Source: Mytilus californianus | Lineage: Eukaryota | Reading direction: 5' to 3' | Assembly (NCBI RefSeq): GCF_021869535.1 | Contig: NW_026262679.1 | Coordinates: 48,422,001-48,486,000, forward strand | DNA: 64,000 bases | Part shown: in pieces, positions 51,980 to 64,000 of the stretch | Position numbering within the stretch: position 1 is the stretch's first letter | Layout: the number at the start of each line of letters is the position of its first letter | The notes under the pieces: model-generated | Database searches by the model: none | Told to the model about the DNA's origin: nothing | Seen by the model: only the letters and a program-made list of their open reading frames with translations | Position numbers and translations under genes: made by a program

Positions 51980-52320
51980 TGGATCTGTCGTAGAGTTATC
52001 ACTTGTTTAGACGTATTTATATATATATATATATACATAATTACTCTAAATATCGCACAACAATGTTAAATCTGCAAATTTGCGGAAGCAAACTTTGGTT
52101 CTTCTCTCGCCGGGATTCGAACTCATACTATTGGGAGATCATGACAACACCGCCTGCACTGTGTCCAGCGCTCTAGACCACTCGTCCACCTAGACTGAAC
52201 TAAAAATTCAGCTTTCGGTGGCCTAGTGTTACCTTTCCTCGTCAGTAGAATCTAGACACAGTACATGATATATTAGGCATGAAGATGGAATTGATTGCAG
52301 ATTAGCTATAGATTCATATA
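51980..52320 (-). mobile_element. Second copy of the tRNA-derived repeat, mostly on the minus strand
   Basis: GGGATTCGAACTCAT (~52110) and GACCACTCGTCCACC (~52176) are reverse complements of the B and A boxes at 42.8 kb. (TA)n at both ends. Confidence 0.65.
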
Positions 52321-52439
52321 TATATATATGAATAAAATGAGATATGGGGTGTAATGAATAAGCGAAAAGACATCAACACGATCCATGACAGAGAGATACG
52401 ACAACTCAATGTTCTTTTTACGACTAAGTTTTCAATTTC

Positions 52440-52720
52440 TCATAAGAAATAGAAAATGGAAACGGTGAATGTGTAAAAGAGACAACAACCCGACAATTAG
52501 GCAGAAAACAGCCCAAGGCCACCAACGGGTCTTCAACGTAGCGAGGAAATCCCGCAACCGGAGGTTAGCTTCAGCTGGCCACTAAACAAAGACGCATACT
52601 AGTCTAGCGAAATGGACGCCACACTTAACTCCGAAACATACAAATCAACCAAAAAAAAACACACAAACAAGACTTATAAAGGTTCCTGACTTGGGACAGG
52701 CGCAAAAATGCGACCGTGTG
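52440..52720 (+). repeat. Dispersed repeat family (another copy inverted at ~4640-4780)
   Basis: AAATGGAAACGGTGAATGTGTAAAAGAGACAACAACCCGAC...GGTCTTCAAC matches the reverse complement of 4700-4780. Confidence 0.65.
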
Positions 52721-55700
52721 CGCACAAAGTATAGAAGATATTCGGGCGTTTTCAATGACATATGTCTTTCATTTCTACACAGAGTGCAGTAAACACAATG
52801 ACCGAAAGAAAGAACAAGAAATGATGAAAAATACACAACACCCCAAATCCAAATTTGAGTAGTACGTCAAAAACGATCATTCCAAAACTCAAAACGCAAA
52901 CTGTTTTAAGGTATTAGCAAGTTCTTAACCGATTGTTAACGAAAGAGTCAGTTTCAACAAAACAAACATTCCAACATTATGCACACTGTTTGAATTATAT
53001 CAATAAATAAAACAACACAAAGAACGAATAACTTATTACGTGAAATTAAAAGTTATGAATGCAATTAAGATGATGTAATTAACATATTTTACAGTGATAC
53101 GTAGGAGGACCATATTGAAAAGTCTAATTTTGTTTTCTCTTTTTTGTCATAAATAAATATACACCTACTCTTTTTCAATGAAAGCATTGCATCTGTATTT
53201 AATAATATGGAATTGCAATTAATATTTTAAAATGTTAATATAAAATGGTGTTTGCTTTCTTTTAAAATGAATGTTTAACTTCTATGTAAAAACTACTCTT
53301 TATACACTGTCTATAACGTTACTATAGGTAGAAATACAGCAACTAATATTTGAGTGTAAGAAGCTATGTTCTATCAGTTTTTAGTCATCAACTGCAATCT
53401 CTTTTTCTTTCTTTTTTCTTTCTTTCTTTGTACTTGTTCCATGGGTTTTATTGTTTTGATACCAATATTTATGTATTAGATTCAATGCTTTAAAAAATTT
53501 ATGAATATGCAGTGGTCAGTGTATGGGTGATTCATTGTTTAGTTGAGGTTTTGTAATATCGGCGGCTGGACGTCGCTTATACATTAGTGAAAACCGTTTG
53601 ACCACATCTGGGGAGGGGCGGTAGAGGAGTATCATCCTGAATTCCCGAAAAAATAAAGTTTTTTTTTTTCTCGGATCCCGAAAAATTAATCATTAATTCC
53701 CAAGTCCCAATAGGTGTTAATACCGAATTCCCGCGAAAAAAGGCCAAATTCTGAATTCCCGAATAAAGACCCAATGCCGACGTTCCGAAAAAGGTCCATC
53801 CGCTCCTTACGGGAGTATTTCTTATCTTTTTGTTTAATAAAGTCGTTGTCAGTTTCCCTTTTACTTACGAGTTTTTAATGTCAACGTAGTATTTCCCTTC
53901 TTTTTTTTCTACAACAAGGATTGTAAAGAAAATTATAAATATTCTATGTTATAATTATAATAATGTACATGCAGCTACTGAAAAGCACAACCAATTATAA
54001 TCATGGTTGACGGTGTATGAATGGTAATCATTTATGCTACATGTACCTATGTTTTCCATTCATCTCCCCGAATTACCTCGGTTTCAATACTAACGTTACT
54101 AATGCAAAATGCATAATTCAAAGTATAGTCTGGTTTGAGTACAATAGCTAGAATCACATGACGGAAAAATAGGTAGAGTAAACAAAATATTTACGCCTAC
54201 AATTTGCATTTCTGGTATTTTTGTAATCTTATACATTGAAAATTGCATTACGGTGATAGATTAAATCGGTTATGCCTTGTTATTTTGAAGAGAAATGTTC
54301 TTCAAACAGGTGAATATATGCATAAAGAAAGCATGAAGCTGGTTATCGAAAGAGTCAATAAAATTAAGTCTCTCAAACTGATAAGACACAGTTCTTAGTA
54401 TCTATAAAATACAAGTTTTATAAAACCTAATTACTATGGCATGTTTTGATTGCAGATACAATTGCGTAGTTATTTTTATAATTAGTATATAATCATATTT
54501 AAACGAATTTAAAAATAAGTGTATCAAACGGATTATAATAAACTTTAAGATACATTGTATTGTCACTATTTGTCTGCATTATTCAATTGAAGGTTGTTTA
54601 GTTTTGAGTACAAAAATCACACATGTTAGAAATGTATCAGTTAATAGAGCTGTCATATGGATGAACCTGGATAAATGATTACAGTGTGAACCTTCACTTA
54701 AAAACGAGAGCGTAGAGTAGGTTTGAAACTTCAGCCTTCCAGCAGGTTACCTGCAAAATATTTAAATATTTAGGTTTGAGCGTGAAGAAGGTAAATACAG
54801 AAAAGCGCTTTGAACGCACGAAATTTATAAAGTGTTTAATTCATTAATTGCACTAAATCACTGTCGAGTCTTTTTTTCGGATAAGTAATCAATAACTTAC
54901 CAATTTATGACTAGAATTACTTGGATGCTGTTGAAAACTTAATAATAGGACTTCTTTTAACGTCAGAGTCTCTCCGCACACTTCTGAATCATTATATATT
55001 TAGGCCATACCAATTTGATTAATAGTTCTTTGGATTTTCCCGCTCCTGTTTTGGAGAAATTGACTTTTCAATAAAAAAGATAATTACTGCTTCCTCCAAT
55101 TTTTGGTCCGCATGTCGCTCCAAAATTTTGTTTTCACATAGACGCTTTTCTGTTGCATATAATGCTCTTATCGTTTAAACGCACGTGTGATAAATCGATT
55201 TGTAAATAAAAGGTCAAAAATCGGGATGCCAACATGCAGTGCCGTGGACAAGTAGTTATTGAACACACAGTTATCCGAAATGTTTCTCGTTTTACCTTTA
55301 AAGATCTGTTCTAGGATGCAAAAAATAAAAATCTTTCGATGACCACAAACACATCAATATTTTTTAGAACCATCGTCACCCCCGATCCTTGTTTCAACAG
55401 ACATAGACCTATCTATCTTTTGGAAGAAATGAATTGTAAATTCCTATGAACTTTTTATAAAATCACAGAAGTATTTGAAGTTGATGAAACCCCATATCCC
55501 CTTGTTAGTCTTTGGGCATGCAAGTAGAACTCTTCTGTTCACGGTTGTGGGGAATTTAAAGAGTTCCAACGAGACTAAGGTGATGTCGTATTGTGATTGG
55601 CATGCTCATAATAATTAGGGTTGTATAATTGGTTCAACCACTTCTAGTCAAGCTAAAGAGTTTTAAATGCATTACAGCTTCTAGGAGCAAAAGAAATGAG

Positions 55701-56775
55701 TATGTTGCTCAGTAAGAAAATTGCATGTGAATGGGGTGACAGTTATTTTAAGGGAATATTTTAATACATTTGGATCTACATGTATAGCAATATAACTATC
55801 TTACTCAGGATGTTGTTTTAGCACAAAGCAAGAAATATTCACCTCACTCAATATTTTGATCCTAAATATGCATAAATAGTTCCAACTGGATGTCAAGCAA
55901 CAAATAAATAAAGGCAACAGTAGTATACCGCTGTTCAATAGTCATAATTCGATTAAGCAAAAACAAATCCAGGTAACAAACTAAAACCGAGGGAAACACA
56001 TCAACTATAAGAGGAAAACAACGGAAAAACAGAAACACTGAACTACAACAATAAACAATCCTTACCATACAATGAAAACAACTATCAAATATCTTTCAGG
56101 GGCATTTTTTTGGATACATATACATATTTTAATTTTATTCAACATGTGTCATTTACCTTACTAACATACTTCCCCTTGTAAAACTGCATCTGCTATGCTT
56201 CCTGAATATATATATGGATTTAAATGAAAATTCACACAGACAAAGCTTACTTGAAGAAAATAACCAAAATTAACTAAACCACAGTGAGACAAGAAAGTCT
56301 GATATGGTACAGGCACCAATAAATCAATTTATATGCATTAGAGTATCTGTTGCTCCTCGGTTTTCTATGAAATAACCCAGTTATAACATGTACATAAATT
56401 GTACAACTTCTAAATCACATAATTTTATAAAAAAAATTGTTCCGCTCGCTTCAATTGTAGACCACTCGCCTAAAAAAAAACTCATTTTCAAGAAATATAT
56501 AAAAACAAAAAAATTTCGCTCGCTCGCCCCATATTTTTTGGAGCTTTTGTCCGAAGAATTATTAATCAAATTGATGCCTTAGTGCATTTTTAGGTAGAAA
56601 TATTTTTATTGCATCTAGCTTACGAGTTATGTCTTACATTTAAAATTATCGCCATTAGAAATATTACTGTTCGCAATTGTATACGGATCTTTAAAAATCG
56701 TCCTAAATATGCATGAAATATTTGCCGCTGGATGTTAAAAAAAAGGCAACAATCAATCTGTCAATTCATTGTTAA

Positions 56776-57083
56776 GGATGTAGTCATTTCAGGTTTAGGG
56801 ATTTTTGTCAGACTCCTTGGGTTTTTTCCTTTGATATAGGGTAATATATTTTGCATAATATCACAATTTTTTCTATTCATAGAGGACTTCAATAGCTCAT
56901 AAAAGGTCTTTTCCAAAATTAAAGCAGATTCTAGATTTATTTCTTACGATTTGAGACCCAAATAATGCCAATGCTTAATATAAGGTAAAAGCCCGAGTCA
57001 GCCTTTTCCCGCCATTTTAAAAAAATCAAATCTCTCGAAAAGGAGTTCCATAACTTATCAATATTTTTAGCTTATTTTGTTCC
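56776..57083. mobile_element. Possible Kolobok-type MITE
   Basis: TTAA|GGA...TCC|TTAA, but the TIR match is only a few bases. Confidence 0.35.
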
Positions 57084-57946
57084 TTAACTAATGCTTTGAT
57101 TTATACATGTAGTATCAATTTTAAATTCCAGATATTTTTAATTTCACTTGACTACATTCTTAAGTACACTCACATCAAGTTGATTTGGTGCAAGTATGTG
57201 TTATTTTTAACAAACATTTTCATTTGCATTACGTTTAACATGTATAAGATATATTATGCAATACGAAATGGATATATACATATATATAGACTTATATCAA
57301 ACAACAATACAATGACAGTAAGGTATTTAATTGCCTTTAAATAACTGGAAATCAGAACCGAATTCTGTGTAATGTTGTAGGCCTATATTAAAAACGTAAT
57401 TTTTGTGTTGCTATTATAGAGAGCATATAAATACTACGACAGTCGTGATTTAGCTTTTGATTTGAGGGTAAATTTGTACACGATTTCGCCTCTAAAACTG
57501 TACACCATCGCGATATTTAACAAATAAATTATCCTACATGGATTTAAGGGAACTTGATGTTAGAAATATACCACATCAAAGTGTGGGTATATGTCACGAT
57601 CTACTCGAACTACAAGCAAATTCGTTCATTATTAACAACATTTTGTGAAGATCGTAGACCATCGTATGGTGTTAAGAACTGGATGACCAGTTTGATGTTA
57701 AATTAATGTAAATTTTTAGTAGTTTAAAGGTGGCATTGAATTGACATTCTTCTTCATACCAACGACAGTAAATACCATTTCTACTTCTGTGATCATAAAA
57801 CTACAATACTACTGAACAAAGTTAAAATTTTAATTGACGGTTTGATTGCTTTTTCTGACAAGGGAGCATTCAGGTTATTCTTAAAATTCAGCAAGGTGTC
57901 ATTAATTTGTGTCATCAATAATTTTAGATTCAATGTTAATATGGAC

Positions 57947-58339
57947 GTACTAGTAAATTGGCAGGCTGTGTATTTCAAAAGAAGCATATAATACACTTAA
58001 GATTTCACTAAGCAATTATTCGGGCATTTTAATTATATTATTAACATTGTACTTAAACTGAATTGAAACATCTGAAAACCAACAATTGTCGGATCTCGTT
58101 ATAAAGTACTACAATAATTTTTTTCTATAAATAGTACATGAAATGGAAGTACAAGTAAATTGGCAAGCTATGTATTTCAAAAGAAGCATCTAATACACTT
58201 AAGATTTCACTAAGCAATTATTCGGGCATTTTAATTATATTATTAGCATTGCATCTAAACTGAATTGAAACATCTGAAAACCAACAATTGTCGGGTCTCG
58301 CTATAAAGTACTATTTTTCTATAAATAGTACATGAAACG
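57947..58339 (+). repeat. Local tandem duplication, 202-bp period, 2 copies
   Basis: GTACTAGTAAATTGGCAGGCTG... at 57947 and GTACAAGTAAATTGGCAAGCTA... at 58149. Confidence 0.9.
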
Positions 58340-61300
58340 GCAATTGCCGAAAGTATGTACCAGTTAAAGCGCAGTCATCTGTTATAATTAGTGAATTAAG
58401 GGTACAAATATTTATTTTGACTCTGAGTGTTCTTCAAATTCTCCCATTTACTACTCTTTCGAACAACTGAATTAATTCTGCCAGAATCATTATGTACAGA
58501 AACAACTACATTATATAACTTGTTGCACTACGAGTACTTAAGGGAGAAACAAATCTTCAAATTAGAAGAAATTGATATGGCTCATCTAAAAGGTAGACAT
58601 TATTGGAAATTACGTAATATCAGGTAGAAAAAAATACCTGATTTTTATGCTTTCACTTAGATTTTTGATAAAGCAGTGCAATTCGATCAAAATTTCAGTG
58701 TAGTTAAGTAAAGAGAAATTGATTTTTAATGCTGAAGGAATAGTATACATGTATGCATAGAACCAGAAGCCAAATTAAATATTTTCAACTGTCACTTGGA
58801 TACATCTATTAGTGGGGAATGAAATGCTATTTGTTGAAGCATCGGCTACAGTAACTATCAAAGCATATAGAATTCAATTTGGCTGTCTGTTCTCTAATCT
58901 CTTTTTAACACTAAACCCAGCAAACCAAAAGCGTTTCAAGATTGACTCTTTTGAAAAGAAAAGAACCAATTGTATAGGGTGGTGTGTAAAATACATGCTT
59001 ATAATTATTACATTATTTACCAAAATCAATTTTACTGTATTATACTTGGGGGAGCTGGGGTCGTTTTAATTTGTTTAGCCTCTCATATATATCGTTAACT
59101 GAATATCACTGACTCATGGCCAATGGATTGAGGTAAAACAAATGAAACAATGATTATCATTGAAATATGACCAAATAATTAGTCCAATGTAAATAATTTA
59201 AATGGTTCTGATTTGATACATATATAGTGTCTAATGAGAGAGGTTGAAAACAAGTATATTTACGTTACGTTTACACTTCAACTCCACTCCAACTCTTAAT
59301 ATTTCAGGAGGTATCCAACAAAAGTGCCAGGGAAGGCGGATTGTTAGTTGCAAAAATTGTATTGCCTTAAATCTTTTGTTAGAATCTGTTAGCAAGAGCA
59401 CCTTTGTATATTAAACTTTGATTTATGTGCTACAAAGGGAAGATTTTAAATAAAACCGCATCACATTTTATGCCTGTACACAGCAGACTATCTAGCCGGC
59501 TATATAGCTGGCAGTTGTAGTTGTCTGCGTGCTTTCTTTCCAAGACGCGTTGGTGTGCGATGTAGTCAGTGGGGTTCTAATATGTTTGGGAAATCATTTA
59601 ATATGTTACCATTTTTTCATACAGATCTTGCACTGTTAATACGTCACTTTGCTCAGCTAATGTTGTTACTTTTATAAAGACTTGTATTTTTTTCTATTTT
59701 GTATAGAAAAAGATACTCAGTAAATTTGGAACCTCTATTTGTCAGAGTTACATTTTTAATATTTGACGACATGGCTTTTTGAATAACGAGTCATGATTTT
59801 TTACTTTTTATTCTTAAATATCATTTTCTTATGTTATGTATATTAAACTCTCTACGGGGAATCTCCTGAGTTCCATTTAGTAATACACAACTTACGTTTA
59901 TTATATTTTTCAGGTATAGTTTTATGTTAGTTTATATTGGATGCATATCTCTTCTTTATGTGGATCATACAGAAGCAAGGAGAAAGGTAGGATCTGACGT
60001 ATAAATATCTTAAACTTTACTTGGGTGGATTAATGCTACATGTAGTTATTATTTTGTTGTTGCTCACTCAATTTTGTCATTATAACGGAACTATAAACAA
60101 CTTTCATACAAGTGGGAGGTTTCGCCTAGCTATAAAACCATGTTCACTCCACCATTTTCTTCGGGAAACACCTGTACCAAGTCAGGAATATAACAGTTTT
60201 CTTTCAATCGTTCCGATAGTTAATAACATTTAATCAGTTTTTTATGGACTTCCCCTTTCTTATCTTGAGTCCGGTATATTTGTTATACTTTTTTAATCTT
60301 AAGTTTCATTACATGTTCCTATTTTTTCTGAACGACGTTTTTATCAATGGTCCGATGGTGGCCCATATCACGATATAGTCTCAATTACTATCTAATATGC
60401 CTCCCATGATTAACCCAAAAAATGTTTCTGGTACACAGAACACAAAGTTAAGGACTTACAAATTGGTTAAAGTGTTCTAGTTGTTTTTCCTGCATATCGG
60501 TCAAAGTAAGACTCCTATAATCCATTATGTAATAAAATAATTTTATAATATAAGCCTGATTGGTATCGTTGATGAGTTTATTTTTATACCAATTCTTGCT
60601 GACAGATTTTATTTTTTGTCATTTACATTTTCTTTGGGCTCTGTGTTCATGTATCAAAGTACACATATTAATTTTTCCTTTAGTCTTTACTCGAAAATGG
60701 TCTGAATTTTAATGTTTAACAAGATAGTAAAAACAAAAAGATTTAATTGCAGATTTTCAGTTACGGACTAAAACTTTATCGTTTATTTTTATATTCTTAA
60801 TCATATCTTATCAAAGTGTATGTAATTGTGATATCCATTCGTATTTAGATTTGCTTGTTCGTCTTTATAGCAAGGATTTCAATGACTATTTAAACTATCT
60901 TGAATGACATTGCATATCCCATAGCCCACTTTGTGTGACTGTTTATTACATGTATTTGTTTCCGTTGAACTAAATGTATAACATGTATGTAATATATTTT
61001 AACACATTATGAAAAATCTTTACATGACTGAAAGATATACATCCTTATTACTATTACTAAAGGGGTTGACGTTCAGCAAACATATATTATATTTGATACA
61101 TACCAGTTATTCCATTCTATTCATTAATTCGTCTTGGCAGAGTTCGTACACTTTTAAAATTTATTGGTTCTAAATTTATATGAATGCAAAAAAAAAAAAG
61201 GAAAATTAGCATACAATTATCATATGGACTCCTAAAAGTGTAAAACAATCTAAATATAAGTCTTAAATCCGAATACAACTCCTATAAAGACAATTCAGGC

Positions 61301-61699
61301 GCTTCATTGCAAATACATGTAGGCTGGCTGACGTGTTAAAATGCTTAACACGTATTGCTTTGCACTCAATTTGACAAGTTCATGAACACTTTGTTATGTA
61401 AAGTTTCACGTTATGTATACAAGCAGGGTCGTCAAACCATATAGAATTCACTTATATCATCGTTATTTATACCATTATAAAGGTAATTGAATATGTATTT
61501 TTTGATAATCTGATAGGATTCAAGATTTCGTTTTGTAGTTCGAGGTTGGTGACAAATTTATGGGCACCTTTCTTAAAGATATTCAATAGATACACATCAC
61601 ACTATCATGATATTACATATTAACATAATAATAAAACAATCCGTCAAACCATTTGTATACATAGTTCAGACGATGAGTTTATCTTAAAATGTAAATAAA

Positions 61700-62760
61700 G
61701 TCTTCTGTTTAGAAACATTTTCAATTTAATATTTTTATAAGTTTTTACCGATCGCCTGTTCAAATAGATTATCATGAACTACATTGAGGTTACATATTTC
61801 GGTGGTAAAATATCTGATACGCCGATTGCATCTTTTCATCGAACCATGTAACAGAAAGGACCAAAAGTTTAAGTTATTGAGAAATGATTGAACAATTTAT
61901 CTATTTCAACGTTGCAGAGAGATAATCATCAATTGTTTCTTCAGGAGAGATCGTTATGTTTGATAATTAAGGCTATAACAATGCCAATCTATCTCTTATT
62001 CTTTACATGTGCTCGCCAGTTGTTGATATATCTGTTCTTGATCTTCATAATTCCATGTTAGAAAATCCTAAACATAATAATAAAATGCATATTGTTGAAC
62101 AGATAAGATTCGTATTTCCGGGATAATTTACTTTGTTTAATGTTATTGTAGCTGGAAGTTATAAAATTTATGTCTTTGCTTGTTGATTTGTAAACTATTT
62201 GGATTTGAAATTAACGCCCGTAATTCCTCATGTTCTCTACCTCTATGAAATGATCATAGTTTTATATTATTCAAAACAAGATATCTTTTGGTTTCAGTCG
62301 TTGGTCATGATGTTTTATCCTATATCTCCTTTGATTCAGTTGACCAGGGGCTTACTGTTTCAATACTTGTTACAACAGGCTTTGCTAAATTTTGAAACTT
62401 TACAAAATGTACATACTTCTCACTACTAAATCGATTTTGAATTGAAACGGCCGTTTTGATCAGAACCGATCTTAAAAAGACTTCAAAATAAATTGGGATG
62501 TTCAACCATTCATTCGTTTTTTATTTGAATATATTCACGGGGGTAAATCAAGCTCTGTTCAGACAATTCGCTTGCAGGCAATAAAGATATGGCCAGTCTA
62601 TTTGCTGACCGTTCAGTAGATGGCATTAACCTGTGCAAACTATACTCTTCAGTGATACTAAAGACCACTTGGTATTATATTTTCTCCATGGGCTATTGTG
62701 CCTTGAAAAACGACGTTTGACAGGAATTTTCATCAGTATCATGCCAACAATTTCACGAAA
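61700..62760 (-). pseudogene. Highly decayed class A GPCR remnant
   Basis: Ordered minus-strand fragments: ANRLAISLLPASEL (TM2-like), RSVLIKTAVSIQ (TM3-like), ICSTICILLLCL (TM5-like), VKNKR*IGIVIALII (TM6-like; compare KKNKRSAIVILII in copy A), FMIIYLNRR (TM7-like). Many stops and frameshifts. Confidence 0.4.
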
Positions 62761-62839
62761 TTGTCTTGTTTTTTATTTCAATTTTCAAGATTTCAAAAAT
62801 AATCAATTTCCCCCAAAGTCTCCATTCTTTCAATGTCAA

Positions 62840-63250
62840 TAGATATAAGAAGATGTGGTATGAGTGCCAATGAGACAACTCTCCATCCAAGTCACAATTT
62901 GTAAAAGTAAACTGTTATGGTCAAAGTACGGCCTTCAACACGGATGATTGGCTCACACCGAACAGCAAGCTATAAAGGGCCCCAAAAATGACTAGTGTAA
63001 AACCATTCAAACAGGAAAACCAACGGTCTAATCTATATAAAAAAAACGAGAAACACTTATGAACCACATCAACAAACGACAACCACTGAACATCAGGTTC
63101 CTGACTTAGGACAGGTGCAAACAAATGCAACGGATTTTAACGTTTTAATAGGTGCCAACCTTCACCCTACCTGAAACAATAGTGTAATATCACAACATAG
63201 AAAGACACACTATAAAATATCAATTTTAATGGCTTAACTCAATCAAAAGA
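62840..63250 (+). repeat. Abundant dispersed repeat beginning AAGAAGATGTGGTATGA(G/T)TGCCAATGAGACAACT
   Basis: Related copies at ~1-125 (-), 7365-7560, 14300-14520, 22215-22320, 37240-37385 (-), 39240-39495 and 43005-43090. Confidence 0.75.
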
Positions 63251-64000
63251 CATATTAACAAAAACAAGTAAACATACACTGAACGAATAAATTTGATCTA
63301 TGACACAATGTAAATACAAAATTGATAAAACAAGGGGGTTAGATGTAAAACAATATCAGAAAGACAACCATAACCATCGACAAAATGTTGCCAAATAAAA
63401 TAACGTGCACTGGTAAATAAAAAAAAAAAATTGTTGTAAGGTATACATGGAGTACGGAAATAATTTTTACAAAATAAATAATTTTGTTGTTCCTAGTACG
63501 AGAACAAAAGTGAAAATTTATCGTCATACTAAACACTTATCAAAGGTGGTATATATTAAAAATAGTGAGACGAGATATAACACTAAATAAGTAAACATTA
63601 AATAACAAAAATACATTGACTTCTTTTGATAACCCATGCAGATTCATTAGAAAAATGAAAGAAATTATGATTGGTTCGCTTAAGTAGCAATTTTCTTTTG
63701 TAGAATATCAACACGATTTGTCAGTCGGTTTTAGTAAATGACACGGTCATGATTTAAATTTGCACATTTCATTGCAATTTTATAGCGTTAAGCATTGACA
63801 GTAAAATAATGAGTTCAAATGCAATAACTCTTTGGTGACTGGATCAGTCTAAATTTAGCACGTTTCTATACAAGGTTTCATTTCAGGGGCATAATCATAA
63901 CTTTTGATATCTCTATCACCAACTTCACAATCTTGTTTTACGAGTTAGTATCTGTCGTCAATAATCAGTTACAAACTGTTTCTCAGTGCTATTCTCAAGC

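Noticed and set aside
54779-54818. Hammerhead-like GCGTGAAGAAGGTAAATACAGAAAAGCGCTTTGAACGC
   Set aside because: Looks like a decayed member of another hammerhead repeat, but the CUGA core is missing, so it is not called.

Overview
Very AT-rich eukaryotic DNA with no prokaryotic gene organisation. The repeat families point to a bivalve, probably a Mytilus mussel (inferred from Mg1-type hammerhead repeats and pearl-like elements; not verified by search). The backbone is an old tandem segmental duplication (block A about 5.7-23.0 kb, block B about 30.8-51.4 kb), and each block carries one copy of a minus-strand class A GPCR gene. Copy A looks like two ORFs (11285-12052 and 8668-9516). Removing a 1,833-bp composite transposon (two 465-bp direct repeats, each with 15-bp TIRs, TTTA target duplication; KolobokP-like) joins them in frame into one receptor with a signal peptide, a ~280-aa Cys-containing ectodomain I do not recognise, and a 7TM domain. 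Copy B is a pseudogene, and a third, very decayed GPCR remnant probably lies at 61.7-62.8 kb. Between the blocks is a multi-cysteine-cluster Toll-like/LRR pseudogene. The rest is mobile DNA: Penelope-like retroelement fragments, several hammerhead-ribozyme repeats (including a 538-bp tandem unit with two intact type I cores between (TA)n tracts), a tRNA-derived element, a LINE 3' fragment, TTAA-flanked Kolobok-type elements, MITEs, a 3.5-kb foldback element, a perfect 152-bp palindrome and mini/microsatellites. No clearly intact protein-coding gene, rRNA, true tRNA gene or CRISPR array was found. All alignments were done by eye.
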